Assembly (NCBI GenBank): GCA_963751455.1
Contig: CAVVUN010000002.1
Location: forward strand, 32,001-96,000
Origin: Nitrospirota bacterium
GTDB taxonomy: Bacteria > Nitrospirota > UBA9217
Length of the DNA stretch: 64,000 nucleotides
Direction: 5' to 3'
The notes below the pieces were generated by a model that saw only the letters and a program-made list of their open reading frames with translations, did not search any database and was not told the origin of the DNA. How positions within the stretch are numbered: position 1 is the stretch's first letter; each line of letters begins with the position of its first letter. This document shows positions 1 through 12,710 of the stretch, in pieces. The position numbers and the translations under genes were made by a program.

Positions 1-974
1 CGTTTGCTGAAGAATCCCGTGGCCCAGGTTCATGATATGGCCGTTCCTGTTTGCCGCCCGGTCGAGGATTTCCTTCGTGCGTTTCCGAATGAACTCCTTT
101 GAGCCGAAGAGCGAGATGGGATCGAGGTTTCCCTGGACTGCCTTGTCCTGTCCTACGCGCTTCCAGGCTGAATCGATATCACACCGCCAATCGAGACCGA
201 TGACGTCGCCGCCGCCCTCGGCAACCATTTCCAGCAGATGGGTTGCACCGTTCGCAAAGTGGATGAGCGGGACGCTTTTTTTGATGCCGGCTATTACATT
301 TTTCTGATGCGGCAGAACGAACTCACGGTAATCGCTGGGGCCGAGGGCGCCGACCCAGCAGTCAAAGAGCTGCACAACCTGTACACCCGCGTCGATTTGC
401 GCGTTCAAATAGTTGATGATGACGCCGGTAAGATGCTCCATCAGTTTATGCCATGTTTTTGGTTCCGCGAACATCATTGCCTTAGCGTGTTCGTAATTGC
501 GGGAACCGCCGCCCTCTATGATATAACTTGCGAGCGTAAAGGGAGCTCCTGAGAAGCCGATAAGCGGCACTTTACCGTTCAGTTCCTTGAGCGCGATGTT
601 GATCGCCTTCATGAGATAAGCGATCTGCGTTGAAGATTCTATCGGCTTCAGTTTCTGAACATCGGCCATGGTCCGGACGGGATTATGGATCACGGGGCCT
701 TCGCCCTTGGCGAATTCGAGGCCGATACCCATGGGCTCGAGCGGCAGCAGGATGTCGGCAAAGATGATGGCGGCATCGATCTCATAGCGCCGATGGGCTG
801 GATTGTGACTTCGGCCGCGAGCTCCGGGGTCTTGCACATCTCAAGAAAAGTATGCTTTGCCCGGATCTCGCGGTATTCCGGCAAATATCTCCCTGCCTGG
901 CGCATCATCCATACCGGGGTGCAGTCCACCGGCTCTCGCCTGCACGCCTTGATAAATCTGTCTGCTCTCGACAT
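1..974 (-). CDS. hemE: Uroporphyrinogen decarboxylase (runs off the left edge; apparent 1-nt frameshift near 790)
   Basis: N-terminus [15 protein letters not shown]; after the frameshift the reverse frame gives [33 protein letters not shown] and [10 protein letters not shown]. Confidence 0.93.
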
Positions 975-1080
975 CGGCTTCTCCTCACTGTCTTTATTAA
1001 TCTGGGCACTCTTAAAGGCCCAATAATAGTATTTTATCGGGTAAAACTCAAGGAAATTTTAGGTTTGCAGGCTAACCGGC

Positions 1081-1849
1081 TTATTCCTTCCGCCGGAACG
1101 ACATTGCCGCCAGAGTGAGCATAATGAAGGACACGGCGGTAATGACTGAAAGATCGAGAACCATGGAAAATTCAGGTCCGAGCGGAGGCGTGCTGTTCAG
1201 GAGCAGGACATGCTTGAACGCATCGACGCCGTAGGTGAGCGGATTAAGCTGGGTGAGCCGGCGGAGCGCAGGCGGCATCGACGTGACCGGGTACATGGCC
1301 CCTGACAGGAACAGCATCGGCATGACCAGGAAGTTCATGATGATGTTGAATCCGTCAAAGGACGTAAGCCGCGCGGCGATCAATATGCCCAGCGACGTGA
1401 TGCAGAACGAGACGAGGAGCGAGACGGCCACCACTTCGAAAAACTGTGCAATCGTCAGTTGGATGCCGAGAAAGGGGATAAGGAACAGGATGATGACTGC
1501 CTGGGCAACAGATATCAGCGTGCCGGAAACGGCTTTGCCGATCACGATGGAGAGGCGCGAAATGGGCGCTACCAGCATCTCTTTCATGAACCCGAATTCA
1601 CGGTCCCATACAATTGAGATCGACGAGAAGATGGATGAGAAGAGGATGGTCATGCCGATCATGCCGGGAAAGATAAACTGCAGGTAGGAAAATCCGACCT
1701 GGGGCCGGATCAGCGAGTTCATGCCGTTGCCGACGACGAACAGCCAGAGCACCGGCCGGGCGAGCGTGCCCGAGGAGGCGGCTCTTTTCGCGGAAGAATT
1801 TTTTGAACTCCCGCAGACAGATGACATAGATGGGCCGAAACTGGATCAT
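1081..1849 (-). CDS. ABC-2 type transporter permease (DrrB-like); frameshift near 1770
   Basis: MIQFRPIYVICLREFKKFFREK start joined to the frame with SIVWDREFGFMKEMLVAP, FLSGAMYP and NPLTYGVD. Confidence 0.85.
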
Positions 1850-2831
1850 CGCTGTGCCCTCCGGTGGCTTCGTACGAATTCCCGGGTTATATCCCGGTTG
1901 TTCTGGAGCCCTTCGTCCCTGATGGTCCTTCCGGTCAAGCCGGAGGAACACATCATTGAGAGTCGGTTTTTTGAGACTTACCGAGAGTGTTTTAACGGTC
2001 AGTCCGCGGATAAGCTTCGGAATGAATTCGTCGCCCTTTTCTGCTTCGATGCATAATCCGCCATTCTCGGTCCACGTCTTCATTCCGAACAACGACTGTA
2101 TCTCGTGCGCGGCACGTTTATTGTCCGCTGTCTCTACCGTTATGATATCGCCATGCACCATGTCTTTCAGGCGTTCGGGCGTATCGAGCGCAATGATCTT
2201 ACCGTTGTCGATAATGGCAATGCGGCCGCAATTTTCAGCCTCTTCCATATAGTGGGTCGTCATGAAGACCGTGATCCGCTCCGTTTTTCTGAGCGTATTG
2301 ATGAAGTCCCAGATCGTATTTCGCGTCTGGGGGTCAAGGCCGAGGGTCGGCTCGTCCAGGAACAGAACGCGGGGGTAGTGGAGCAGGCCCCGGGCGATCT
2401 CGAGCCGCCGCTTCATGCCGCCGGAAAAATTCTTGATAAGATCGTTTTTGCGGCTTTGCAGCTCGACGACCGCCAAGCATTTCGTTGATCCGCTTTTCGG
2501 TCAGTTTTCTTTCAAGGTTGTAGAGGTAGGCATGAAACTTCAGATTTTCGTACGCGGTCAGCCCGTTATCGAGTGTCGTATCCTGGAAGATGAGGCCGAT
2601 TGCCGCCCTTACCTGGTCGGGGTGCTTCGCGCAGTCATATCCCGCGATCTCAGCGCTTCCGCTGCTCGGTGAGAGGAGGGTACAGAGAATATTGATCGTC
2701 GTCGTCTTTCCCGCGCCGTTGGGGCCAAGAAAGCCGAATACTTCCCCCTCGTTGACGGAAAAGGAGATATCGTCAACGGCTTTCAGGGTCTTAAAGTGTT
2801 TTGAAAGATTTTGGACGTTAATGATAGTCAT
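1846..2831 (-). CDS. ABC transporter ATP-binding protein (DrrA-like); frameshifts near 2475 and 1935
   Basis: Walker A GPNGAGKTT in one frame; signature FSGGMKRRLEIARG and Walker B LFLDEPT in the next frame. Confidence 0.88.
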
Positions 2832-2841
2832 AAGATAAATG

Positions 2842-2948
2842 CCAAATTGCAAAATCCAAAGTTCAAATAATGTCAAATTTCAAAAAATGCAAACACTTGT
2901 GGCTATCTTGAACTTTGAGCTTTGCATTTTGAACTTTGCACTGAACTT
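2842..2948. repeat. Imperfect palindrome built of 7-nt units (caaaatg-like / ctttgca-like)
   Basis: caaattgcaaaatccaaagttcaaa ... ttgaactttgagctttgcattttgaactttgca. Confidence 0.7.
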
Positions 2949-4525
2949 TACCATTCCATCCTGTTCTTCGGCACATACCAGTCGATGAAGTTGTACATGA
3001 TTCCAAGCGGCGCAACTTCGATGCCCTTGAATCGTTTGTGCACGATCGGCAGGGCGTCGGGCACGTACAGGAAAGAGTAGGGTTGTTCCTCGGCGAGAAT
3101 CGCATGGATCCGGTAGTATATTTTCTTTCTCTTTTCGATATCGAAACTTCTTCGTCCCTCGACCAGCAGCCGGTCTACCTCGGCATTTTTATATCCTATG
3201 AAATTATATTCTCCCTTTCTGGTTTTGCTCGAATGCCAGATGTCATAGATATCCGGGTCCCGGCCCAGGCTCCATCCCAAAATCATTGCTTCAAAGGAGC
3301 GCTTATCGATCTGCTCGAGGAAGGCCTGCCACTCCATCACTCTGATATTGACGTCAATGCCGACGGCCTTCAGGTTCTGCTGGATGATCTCAGCGGAGCG
3401 GATACGCTCCGTGTTGCCCTGGTTGGTCAATATCGTGAAACGGAAAGGCCTTCCGTTTTTCTCCAGAAACCCGTCGCCATTGACATCCTTCCAGCCCTCT
3501 TCGGCCAGCATTCGCGCCGCTAGTCCGGGATTATAATCGTAGCTCTTTGCATTTGGATTATATGCCCATGAGACGTACGAGAACGGTCCGGTACAGGGTT
3601 TGCCGAGGCCGAGAAGGAGACCGTCTATGATATTTTGCCGGTTGATCGCATAGGAAAGGGCTTGCCGGACCGTTACCTTTTGAAAGAGAGGGTTCGTAAG
3701 ATTGTATCCCATATAGGTAAAGGCATTGGCCGGATAGCGTAATTTGTTATAGTTTTCCTTTATGCGGCGTGTTTCGCTTTTACGCAGATACTGCAAAGGG
3801 GTCAATCCCATCATGTCAACGCCGCCCGAGAGCAGCTCCTGGAACATGGTGGTGCTGTCGGGAATGATTCGGTATACGAACTGATCTATATTGGGTCGCC
3901 CTTCAAAAAAGTCAGCGTTCGCCTCGAGTACGATTTTCTGGCCGGCAATCCACTGCTTGAATTTGTATGGTCCGGTCCCGATGGGCCGGCGGTTGAAGGC
4001 GTCGGTATTGATATCCTTGCCGTCTAAAAGATGCTTCGGGATCATGCCTGCGGCCCAGCTTTCGAGCGCAGGCGAAAACGGCTCTTTATACGTTACCCTG
4101 AACGTGTATTTATCGAGTGCTTCCGCTTTTGCCACGTCCATGTAGGAGCTGCTGTACGGTGTTGCTACGTTCGGATCCATCAGTCGTTTATAGGTGAACA
4201 GGCAATCGTCTGCCGTAAATTCCACCCCGTCATGCCACTTCACCCCTTTGCGGATGAAAAAGGTTATTGTTTTGCCGCCGTTCGAAATCTGCCAACGCTC
4301 CGCCAGGTCGCCGACAATCTTGATGTCTTTGTCATATTTCACCAGGCCGCTGAATACCTGCTCATTGATCGTGCCCGAGGCGGAATCGTTAGCAATCACC
4401 GGGTTCAATCTTCGGGCGTCGCCGATCGAGCTTTCAACAAAGCTGTTCGGGTTTCGTTCGACCTTTTCGCCGCACGCAGAGAAAAGCAGGAAAAGCGGAA
4501 AGATGTAAAAGAAAATATTTTTCAT
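2948..4525 (-). CDS. Peptide ABC transporter substrate-binding lipoprotein (family 5, AppA/OppA-like)
   Basis: Lipobox FSAC; GDLAERW, KGVKWHDG, PIGTGPYKF and VRQALSYAINR motifs. Confidence 0.92.
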   Translation of the reverse strand: MKNIFFYIFPLFLLFSACGEKVERNPNSFVESSIGDARRLNPVIANDSASGTINEQVFSGLVKYDKDIKIVGDLAERWQISNGGKTITFFIRKGVKWHDGVEFTADDCLFTYKRLMDPNVATPYSSSYMDVAKAEALDKYTFRVTYKEPFSPALESWAAGMIPKHLLDGKDINTDAFNRRPIGTGPYKFKQWIAGQKIVLEANADFFEGRPNIDQFVYRIIPDSTTMFQELLSGGVDMMGLTPLQYLRKSETRRIKENYNKLRYPANAFTYMGYNLTNPLFQKVTVRQALSYAINRQNIIDGLLLGLGKPCTGPFSYVSWAYNPNAKSYDYNPGLAARMLAEEGWKDVNGDGFLEKNGRPFRFTILTNQGNTERIRSAEIIQQNLKAVGIDVNIRVMEWQAFLEQIDKRSFEAMILGWSLGRDPDIYDIWHSSKTRKGEYNFIGYKNAEVDRLLVEGRRSFDIEKRKKIYYRIHAILAEEQPYSFLYVPDALPIVHKRFKGIEVAPLGIMYNFIDWYVPKNRMEW

Positions 4526-4607
4526 GCGCCAATCATGAAGAATAAATTAGACTAAGATTCAATTTTTCAGATTTTATCCGTGCCCAAACAAGATCTGCAA
4601 AAAGAAA

Positions 4608-4628
4608 AGGGTAGGCAAGGCCTACCCA
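4608..4628. terminator. Intrinsic terminator after secG
   Basis: gggtaggc-aag-gcctaccc hairpin; the upstream A-run is the U-tract on the minus strand. Confidence 0.7.
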
Positions 4629-4654
4629 TTGTATAGCGGCAATCTCGCGGCCTG

Positions 4655-4999
4655 CTATTTCGCGGGTGCAGGCGAGGGAGCAGGTGCCGTCTGTCCCGGC
4701 GGTGCGAGAGGAACACCCGGCGCCGTCTGCTGAGGCTGCGGTTTTACGCCTTCCATGACGGAACTTCTCTTTGAAGAGGTGATCGCAAGTCCAAGAGAGG
4801 TCACCATGAAAAGAATCGCTGCTCCGGTCGTCAGTTTTGCAAGGAAACTAGCGGCACCTCGCGGCCCGAAGACCGTCTGTGATGCGCCGCCGAAGGCAGC
4901 GCCGATATCAGCGCCCTTGCCCTTCTGGAGAAGAACCATCGCTATCAGGATGGTCGAAACAATAACATGAAGCGAAATTAAAAAGTATCTCATTACCAA
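4655..4999 (-). CDS. secG: Preprotein translocase subunit SecG
   Basis: VLLQKGKGADIGAAFGGASQTVFG motif; lies downstream of tpiA. Confidence 0.95.
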   Translation of the reverse strand: MVMRYFLISLHVIVSTILIAMVLLQKGKGADIGAAFGGASQTVFGPRGAASFLAKLTTGAAILFMVTSLGLAITSSKRSSVMEGVKPQPQQTAPGVPLAPPGQTAPAPSPAPAK

Positions 5000-5103
5000 C
5001 TACCTCCGTTTATTTTGGTGAAAGAGTTAAAGTGTTACGTAGTGGAGTAATCGTCTAACCACTCGACGACGCAGCCATTCAACGCTTCTCCCGCTCTCCG
5101 CTC

Positions 5104-5865
5104 TTACTTAAAATTAACCAGCGCCGCAAAGGATTCCGGTTTGAGGCTCGCGCCTCCGACCAGGGCGCCATCGATGTCCGGCTTTGCCATCAGGCTCGAT
5201 ACGTTCTCCGGCGTTACGCTGCCGCCATACTGGATCCGGAGGCCTTCGGCGATTTCGTCATTGTAAAGCGACTTCACTTTCTGCCGAATCAGTGCATGCA
5301 CTTCATTGGCCTGCTCAGGAGTCGCTGTTTTTCCGGTGCCGATAGCCCAGACCGGCTCATACGCAATGACCACCTTCTTCATATCCTGGGAGACAACGTC
5401 CTTGAGTCCGCCGGTCACCTGCCGGTTTATGATCTCGTTCAGTTTTCCGGCTTCTCGCTCTGCCAGAGTCTCACCAACGCACATGATGGGCAGTAAACCC
5501 TTCTTGAGGGACTGCTTCACCTTCTTATTGACTGTTTCATCGGTTTCGCCAAAGAACTGGCGGCGTTCACTATGGCCGATAATAACATACTTGCAGCGTA
5601 AATCCAACAGCATATCAGCAGAAATCTCGCCGGTAAAGGCCCCCTTGTCTTCCCAGTGCATGTTCTGGGCCGAGAGCGAGATATTCGTCCCCCTGATCGT
5701 CTCTGAAACGGCTTCCAGCGACGTAAAGGGAGGGGCGAGTACTATTTCCCGGTCCTTTACAGACGAAACAAGCGGTATCAGGTTCGCGGCAAGGTCGCTT
5801 GCTTCAACGGTCGTTTTGTTCATCTTCCAGTTTCCTGCGATGATCGGCTTTCGTTTTGAGTTCAT
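5104..5865 (-). CDS. tpiA: Triosephosphate isomerase
   Basis: AGNWKMN, GHSERR, AYEPVWAIGTG and LVGGASL. Confidence 0.98.
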   Translation of the reverse strand: MNSKRKPIIAGNWKMNKTTVEASDLAANLIPLVSSVKDREIVLAPPFTSLEAVSETIRGTNISLSAQNMHWEDKGAFTGEISADMLLDLRCKYVIIGHSERRQFFGETDETVNKKVKQSLKKGLLPIMCVGETLAEREAGKLNEIINRQVTGGLKDVVSQDMKKVVIAYEPVWAIGTGKTATPEQANEVHALIRQKVKSLYNDEIAEGLRIQYGGSVTPENVSSLMAKPDIDGALVGGASLKPESFAALVNFK

Positions 5866-5955
5866 AATACCCTCTTTTATTTTAGGATGGACACGGATAA
5901 TTCATATATAACAAATTTATCTGTTATCTGTGTTCAGCTGTGTTTCAAAGAAGCC

Positions 5956-7149
5956 TTAATCTTTGTCATTCGTCAGCGCTGCCAGGCCGGGCAGTTCTTT
6001 TCCTTCCAGAAGTTCAAGCGAAGCTCCACCGCCCGTGGAGATAAACGTAATGCTGTCGGAAACACCCGCCCTATGCACGGCCACATCCGTGTCTCCGCCG
6101 CCCACGATGGTAGTCGCATAAGCGTCTGCAACCGCGCGGGCAATGGCAAACGTTCCACGCGAATAGGCGTCCTTCTCGAAGAGGCCCATGGGACCGTTCC
6201 AGATGATCGTCTTTGCGTCCTGTATCGCCTCTCCGAAAAGACGGACCGTGGCCGGGCCTATGTCGAGTCCCACCCAGCCTTTCGGGATTTCCTGCGAGGT
6301 TACGATCTTGGTCTCCGCACCATCGTTCGTGTTTTCGGCTACGACAAAGTCGACCGGCAGATAGAACTTGACGCCTTTATCCCGCGCGCCCTTTCTCAGG
6401 CGCTGGGCCATTTGCAGCATATCGTCTTCCACAAGGGAACTGCCGACTTCGCAGCCCTCCGCCTTGATGAAAGTAAAGGCCATGGCGCCGCCGACAATGA
6501 TCTTGTCTACCTTGTTTTGAAGGTTCTCGATGACGCCGATCTTGCCGGATACTTTGGCGCCGCCGAGGATTGCGACAAAGGGCCGGACCGGGTTCGCAAC
6601 TGTCTTCTGAAGGTATTCAATCTCCTTCTTCATCAGGAACCCGGCTGCCGCTAATTTCACGAACTTCGTAATGCCGTATGTCGAAGCATGTGCGCGATGA
6701 GCCGTACCGAACGCATCGTTTACATAAACATCGGTAAAGGCCGCGAGGGCTTTCGAAAAATTCTCGTCGTTTTTTTCTTCTTCAGGATGGAACCTGAGAT
6801 TTTCGAGAAGCAGAACATCTCCAGGCCGCATTCCGGCCACCATATGCTCCACATCGGGCCCGATGCAGTCCTTTGCGAACTTTACTTCTTTATTAAGAAG
6901 CCGGTTCAGGCGGAGCGCAACCGGAGCAAGGCTGTATTTCGGGCTCGGTTTGCCTTTGGGGCGGCCCAGATGAGATGCAAGGATGACCTTGGCTCCGGCG
7001 TCCAAGGCGTAATTTATCGTCGGCAGCGTTGAGCGGATCCGGCCGTCGTCGGTAATGTTGGAGTTTTCGTCAAGCGGCACATTGAAGTCAGCCCGGATGA
7101 AGACCCGCTTGCCTTTGAGATCCACTTTTTCGATTGTCTTCTTATCCAT
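5956..7149 (-). CDS. pgk: Phosphoglycerate kinase
   Basis: [28 protein letters not shown] and [10 protein letters not shown]. Confidence 0.98.
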   Translation of the reverse strand: MDKKTIEKVDLKGKRVFIRADFNVPLDENSNITDDGRIRSTLPTINYALDAGAKVILASHLGRPKGKPSPKYSLAPVALRLNRLLNKEVKFAKDCIGPDVEHMVAGMRPGDVLLLENLRFHPEEEKNDENFSKALAAFTDVYVNDAFGTAHRAHASTYGITKFVKLAAAGFLMKKEIEYLQKTVANPVRPFVAILGGAKVSGKIGVIENLQNKVDKIIVGGAMAFTFIKAEGCEVGSSLVEDDMLQMAQRLRKGARDKGVKFYLPVDFVVAENTNDGAETKIVTSQEIPKGWVGLDIGPATVRLFGEAIQDAKTIIWNGPMGLFEKDAYSRGTFAIARAVADAYATTIVGGGDTDVAVHRAGVSDSITFISTGGGASLELLEGKELPGLAALTNDKD

Positions 7150-7165
7150 GGTGCACCTCAAGGTG

Positions 7166-7281
7166 AAATTCGAAATCCTAATATCGAAATCCTAAACAAA
7201 TTCAAATATCGAAATTCAAAAATTTTTTTGATTTCGAATTTTGATATTATTTCGGATTTCGTGCTTCGAATTTCGAATTTG
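7166..7281. repeat. Long imperfect palindrome of 7-nt units (tcgaaat / atttcga) between gap and pgk
   Basis: aaattcgaaatcctaatatcgaaatcc ... ggatttcgtgcttcgaatttcgaattt. Confidence 0.8.
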
Positions 7282-7287
7282 CTGTCT

Positions 7288-8455
<1,168 letters not shown>

Positions 8456-8460
8456 ATCTT

Positions 8461-9787
8461 TTAATCCATTTTATGCATTACCAGCCCCGTAAGGAGCTTC
8501 GGATAGAAGTAGGTTGCCTTCTGGGGCATACGCTCGCCCGAGTCCGCAACTTCCTTGACTTCATTCACCTTCGTCGGATTCATATAGAAGGCAATATCGG
8601 CAGTACCGTCATGCACCCGCCTGTCGGCCTCGTCGGCATTTTTAATGTATTCAATATTCAATCCGAGCTTATGTGTTTCCATGCTGATCCCGAGTAGCTT
8701 GTCAATGATCAGATGATGGAGGATTGAGACGTCCAGTTTCCTGTAAGCAGGGGAATTGCCGGAAAGCAGCTTGTCCATGTCCGCTTCGTTTCTCAGGGTC
8801 AGCAAATAATAGCTGTGCTCTCCCTTGATCCGCATACCGAAAACATGGGCTTTGTCCGCCCGATGGGCCATGGTTTCCAGCACCGTAAGCAGATCCTTGT
8901 TCTCCGATTTTTTGTCAAAATCGATCCGCTCTATATCGAAATACCGGTTCAGATCGTCCTCGAAGCGGCCTGGTTCGAAATTGTTCAGGTTAAACAGCAC
9001 CCGGTGGGCGGGCATTATGGTTATCCCCGGGTCTTCCAATCGTGCCAAAAACATCGGTACGAAATTGAAGGGCTCGGTTCCGCCAACCGATCCTGAACTT
9101 TTTCGGCGCTCGTTCCGGTAATTGAGTGCCGTGTCATAGCGATGATGACCGTCCGCGATGAAAACAGTTTTATCCGCCATTGCATTGACTAAAGCGGCGA
9201 TATCCCGGTCTGTCCTTCAGGCTCCAGAGTCGGTGCAGGACGCCATCGTTGTTTTTTACCTCAAATTCAGGAACCCCTGTTTCCTTTTCGAGAATGCCGG
9301 ATATCCTGCTTTCCGGATCGGAAAAGAGTGAGAAGATCTGACTGAAACTCGCGCGGCACGCCCGCAGAAGATTCAAGCGGTCGGTCTTGGGACCGGAGAG
9401 GGTCGTCTCATGCGGCTTAATGATCCCGGATTCATAATCTTCAATCTTTACGAGCGAAATAAAACCGCGCAGTTTTTTTATTCTGCTACCTATGGAGTAC
9501 TCCATCTCGTAAATATAGATGGCAGGCTTCTCGCTCTGAAGCACTATCGCGGATTTATACCAGTCATTCAGGAGGGCAGCTGCACGGGTATACCGGTTGT
9601 CTTCCGGCGTATCCGCGGGACTCTCGAGTCCGTATTCAAGCCGGATGATGTTATAGGCGCTTTTTCTATAGAGTTCCTGCTGTTCTGAAGGAGATATGAT
9701 GTCATAAGGCGGGCATACGAGGCTGCTGATCTTGCCCGCTTTAGTTTTATTATATATTATTCCCTTGAACGGGGCTATAGTTGCCAT
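8461..9787 (-). CDS. DUF1015 family protein; frameshift near 9200
   Basis: PPYDIIS, PHETTL, FIADGHHRY and MPQKATYFYPK motifs spread across two ORFs. Confidence 0.88.
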
Positions 9788-10150
9788 TTCTCGATCCTTG
9801 ACGACGGGCAGTAAATGCTTTCAAAAGACTTCTTTTATAGCATAGCGCCCGTTTTATTGTCAACCCCGAAATAGACTTATTTATTCGATAGTATCCCGCT
9901 CAGGGCCGCGTTGCCTTGCGTAATCCCGCTCATTCCGGCCCAGGATTATTTTGCCGGGTTAACGGCTTGATGATTTTAATGTGCAAAAGCGAGTCGAACC
10001 CCGGAGAGCCTTAACGAGCGATATCATCAGGACCGCAGAGCAGGTATGTATCGCCCGATTGATAATTGATAAGGCGCTTCATATGAAGCAGTAAGGAGCG
10101 CCGCTGCCGGGGTTGACAATTTCAGGCCATTGTGCGATTATCCCTGCGCA

Positions 10151-11077
10151 ATGAGGATCATACGCGGAATAAAAAATCTGACCGAACGGTTTCCCAACCC
10201 AGTGCTTACGCTCGGCAACTTTGATGGAGTTCACCTGGGACATCAGACGATTTTCAAAATGGTTGTCGACCGTGCAAGGGAGACCGGTGGCACATCGATC
10301 GCGTTTACCTTCGAACCGCATCCTCTCAAGGTCCTCGCTCCGGAGAGATCGCCGCTTCTCCTGAACACTTTTCACGCCAAAATGAAGCTGCTGGAGGCGG
10401 CCGGCATCGATATCGTTATCTGCGCAAGTTTCACACGGGCTTTCGCCGATCAGAACCCGGACGAATTTGCCCGAGAGGTGCTTTATAAACTGATAGATGC
10501 CAAAGAGATTTACGTCGGATATGATTATGCATTCGGCAAGGACCGTGAAGGCAGCATCGAATCGCTGAAAAAAATGGGTCTTGCTTACGATTTCAGGGTC
10601 GGCGTTATTGAGCCGGTTCTCGTGAACGGGATGGTGGTTAGCAGTTCTTCTATCCGCGAGCTGGTTGCTACGGGAAGGGTTGAGGAAGCAGCCGTCCTGC
10701 TCGGCAGACGCTATACAATCGAAGGAGAAGTTGTTCACGGGGCAAACCGCGGTCATTCTCTCGGTTTCCCTACCGCAAATCTTAAAACTGTCAATGAACT
10801 GATACCGAGTTATGGGGTATATGCCGTCTACGGAGAGGTAGAGGGCAGGACAGTGAAGGGGGTCGCATCGATCGGAATCCGCCCCACCTTCGACAGCGGG
10901 CCCGTTTCGATTGAAGTATATCTTTTCGAGTTTGATGAAGATCTCTACGGAAAAGAGATGGAAATTGTTTTTGTAAAACGCCTTCGTGGAGAAGAGAAGT
11001 TTCAGAATGCCGAAGCGCTCATTCATCAGATCCGGAAAGATGTGCAGGATGCTCAAGAAGCGCTCAAAGCCTGCTGA
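10151..11077 (+). CDS. ribF: Bifunctional riboflavin kinase / FAD synthetase
   Basis: LGNFDGVHLGHQ, SSSSIR, GFPTAN and IGIRPTF. Confidence 0.96.
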   Translation: MRIIRGIKNLTERFPNPVLTLGNFDGVHLGHQTIFKMVVDRARETGGTSIAFTFEPHPLKVLAPERSPLLLNTFHAKMKLLEAAGIDIVICASFTRAFADQNPDEFAREVLYKLIDAKEIYVGYDYAFGKDREGSIESLKKMGLAYDFRVGVIEPVLVNGMVVSSSSIRELVATGRVEEAAVLLGRRYTIEGEVVHGANRGHSLGFPTANLKTVNELIPSYGVYAVYGEVEGRTVKGVASIGIRPTFDSGPVSIEVYLFEFDEDLYGKEMEIVFVKRLRGEEKFQNAEALIHQIRKDVQDAQEALKAC

Positions 11078-11147
11078 CAATGTTCAGTGGGCGGCGACAT
11101 TCCGATATCCAGGTCCATATTTTGTTTGTGTAAGGAGGTGACAATCA

Positions 11148-11216
11148 ATGGCTTGTGGAAAAAAATGCGGCACAGCGAAAAAGGCGGTCAAAAAGAAAAC
11201 GGCGAAGAAAAAATAG
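11148..11216 (+). CDS. 22-aa Lys/Ala-rich small basic protein MACGKKCGTAKKAVKKKTAKKK
   Basis: Perfect RBS taaggaggtg 7 nt upstream; terminator directly downstream. Confidence 0.7.
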   Translation: MACGKKCGTAKKAVKKKTAKKK

Positions 11217-11226
11217 CAGCGACATC

Positions 11227-11251
11227 GGCGGGTAGCTTACCCGCCTTTTTA
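11227..11251 (+). terminator. Intrinsic terminator
   Basis: ggcgggta-gct-tacccgcc followed by ttttt. Confidence 0.8.
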
Positions 11252-11463
11252 TTCATCTTCTACCTCGCTATCGTTCAGTTCTTTCCTTATGTTGTCTTAT
11301 CCTTAGGAACGGCACTATTAAATTGACTTTTGAAGAAGCGTGTGATAAAAAAATTCACTCCGCTATGCCAAACATTGAAGCCCGCAATAAAGCAAGAAGC
11401 GCGGCCAGGTCGTCTGGTTTTATAATTAGAACAGTTTAATGGCTGATTCTGACTGGATGTGGA

Positions 11464-12681
11464 ATGCTTTCAGCAAAACAACAACTTGATATTATAAAGC
11501 GCGGAGCTGTTGAGATCATCGTCGAGGCGGATCTGCTCAAGAAGCTCGAAAAGTCCGTTTCGACCGGGAAGCCGCTGCGTGTCAAGCTTGGCTTCGATCC
11601 AACCGCGCCAGATATCCACCTTGGCCATGCAGTGCCTCTAAACAAGGCCCGTCAGTTCCAGGACCTCGGTCATGAAGTCTTATTTCTGATCGGCGACTTT
11701 ACGGGTATGATCGGCGACCCGACGGGAAAGTCCGAGACCCGAAAACACCTTACGAAAGAGGAAGTCGCCGAAAACGCGAAAACCTATCAGGTGCAGATTT
11801 ACAAAATCCTCGATCGTGAGAAGACAACGATTGCGTTCAACAGCGAATGGATGGGGAAAATGTCCTCGTCCGATATGATACAACTCGCGGCAAAACACAC
11901 GGTCGCGCGCATGCTCGAGCGTGAGGACTTTAAAAAGCGGTATGAGTCCCAACTTCCCATCAGTATTCACGAATTTCTGTACCCGTTGATCCAGGGATAC
12001 GATTCTGTTGCATTGAGAGCGGATGTGGAGCTGGGCGGCACCGACCAGAAGTTCAATCTTCTTGTCGGCCGCGAGCTTCAGAAAGAATACGGCCAGGAGC
12101 CGCAATGCATCGTAATGATGCCGCTGCTTGAGGGCCTCGATGGCGTGAACAAAATGAGCAAAAGCCTCGGGAACTATATCGGCATCAATGAACCGGCCAA
12201 GGAGATTTTCGGGAAGGTTATGTCAATTAGTGATGACTTAATGATCAGGTTTTATGAATTAGTTAGCTCAGTGACACTTAACGGATTGGCCAACATCAAG
12301 GCAAGCATCAAGTCGGGGACTCTTCATCCAATGGAGGCGAAGAAAAGATTGGGCGTGGAGCTGGCGGACCGGTTTTGCGGGTCAGGCGAAGGACTGAAAG
12401 CACGGGCCGAGTTCGAGAAGGTCTTTAGTAAAAAAGACATGCCCGACGATATCCCCGTTGTTGAAATTGCATGGGAAGGCGAAAAGATGAAACTGGCGAA
12501 GATCATGCCGCTTGCCGGCGTCGCGAAAAGCAATTCCGATGCGCGGCGGCTGATCCAGCAGAATGCAGTCGAGATCGACCAGAAGCAGGTTAACGATGTG
12601 GATGCCGAGCTGGCTGCGCCGGGACCGTACATTCTTCGAGTGGGAAAGAAGCGGTTCGTCAGAGTCGTATCAAAGAAATAG
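11464..12681 (+). CDS. tyrS: Tyrosine--tRNA ligase
   Basis: [13 protein letters not shown] (HIGH), [18 protein letters not shown] and C-terminal S4 domain. Confidence 0.98.
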   Translation: MLSAKQQLDIIKRGAVEIIVEADLLKKLEKSVSTGKPLRVKLGFDPTAPDIHLGHAVPLNKARQFQDLGHEVLFLIGDFTGMIGDPTGKSETRKHLTKEEVAENAKTYQVQIYKILDREKTTIAFNSEWMGKMSSSDMIQLAAKHTVARMLEREDFKKRYESQLPISIHEFLYPLIQGYDSVALRADVELGGTDQKFNLLVGRELQKEYGQEPQCIVMMPLLEGLDGVNKMSKSLGNYIGINEPAKEIFGKVMSISDDLMIRFYELVSSVTLNGLANIKASIKSGTLHPMEAKKRLGVELADRFCGSGEGLKARAEFEKVFSKKDMPDDIPVVEIAWEGEKMKLAKIMPLAGVAKSNSDARRLIQQNAVEIDQKQVNDVDAELAAPGPYILRVGKKRFVRVVSKK

Positions 12682-12710
12682 CTATTTTTTCCCACAAAAC
12701 AAGCAGCACA

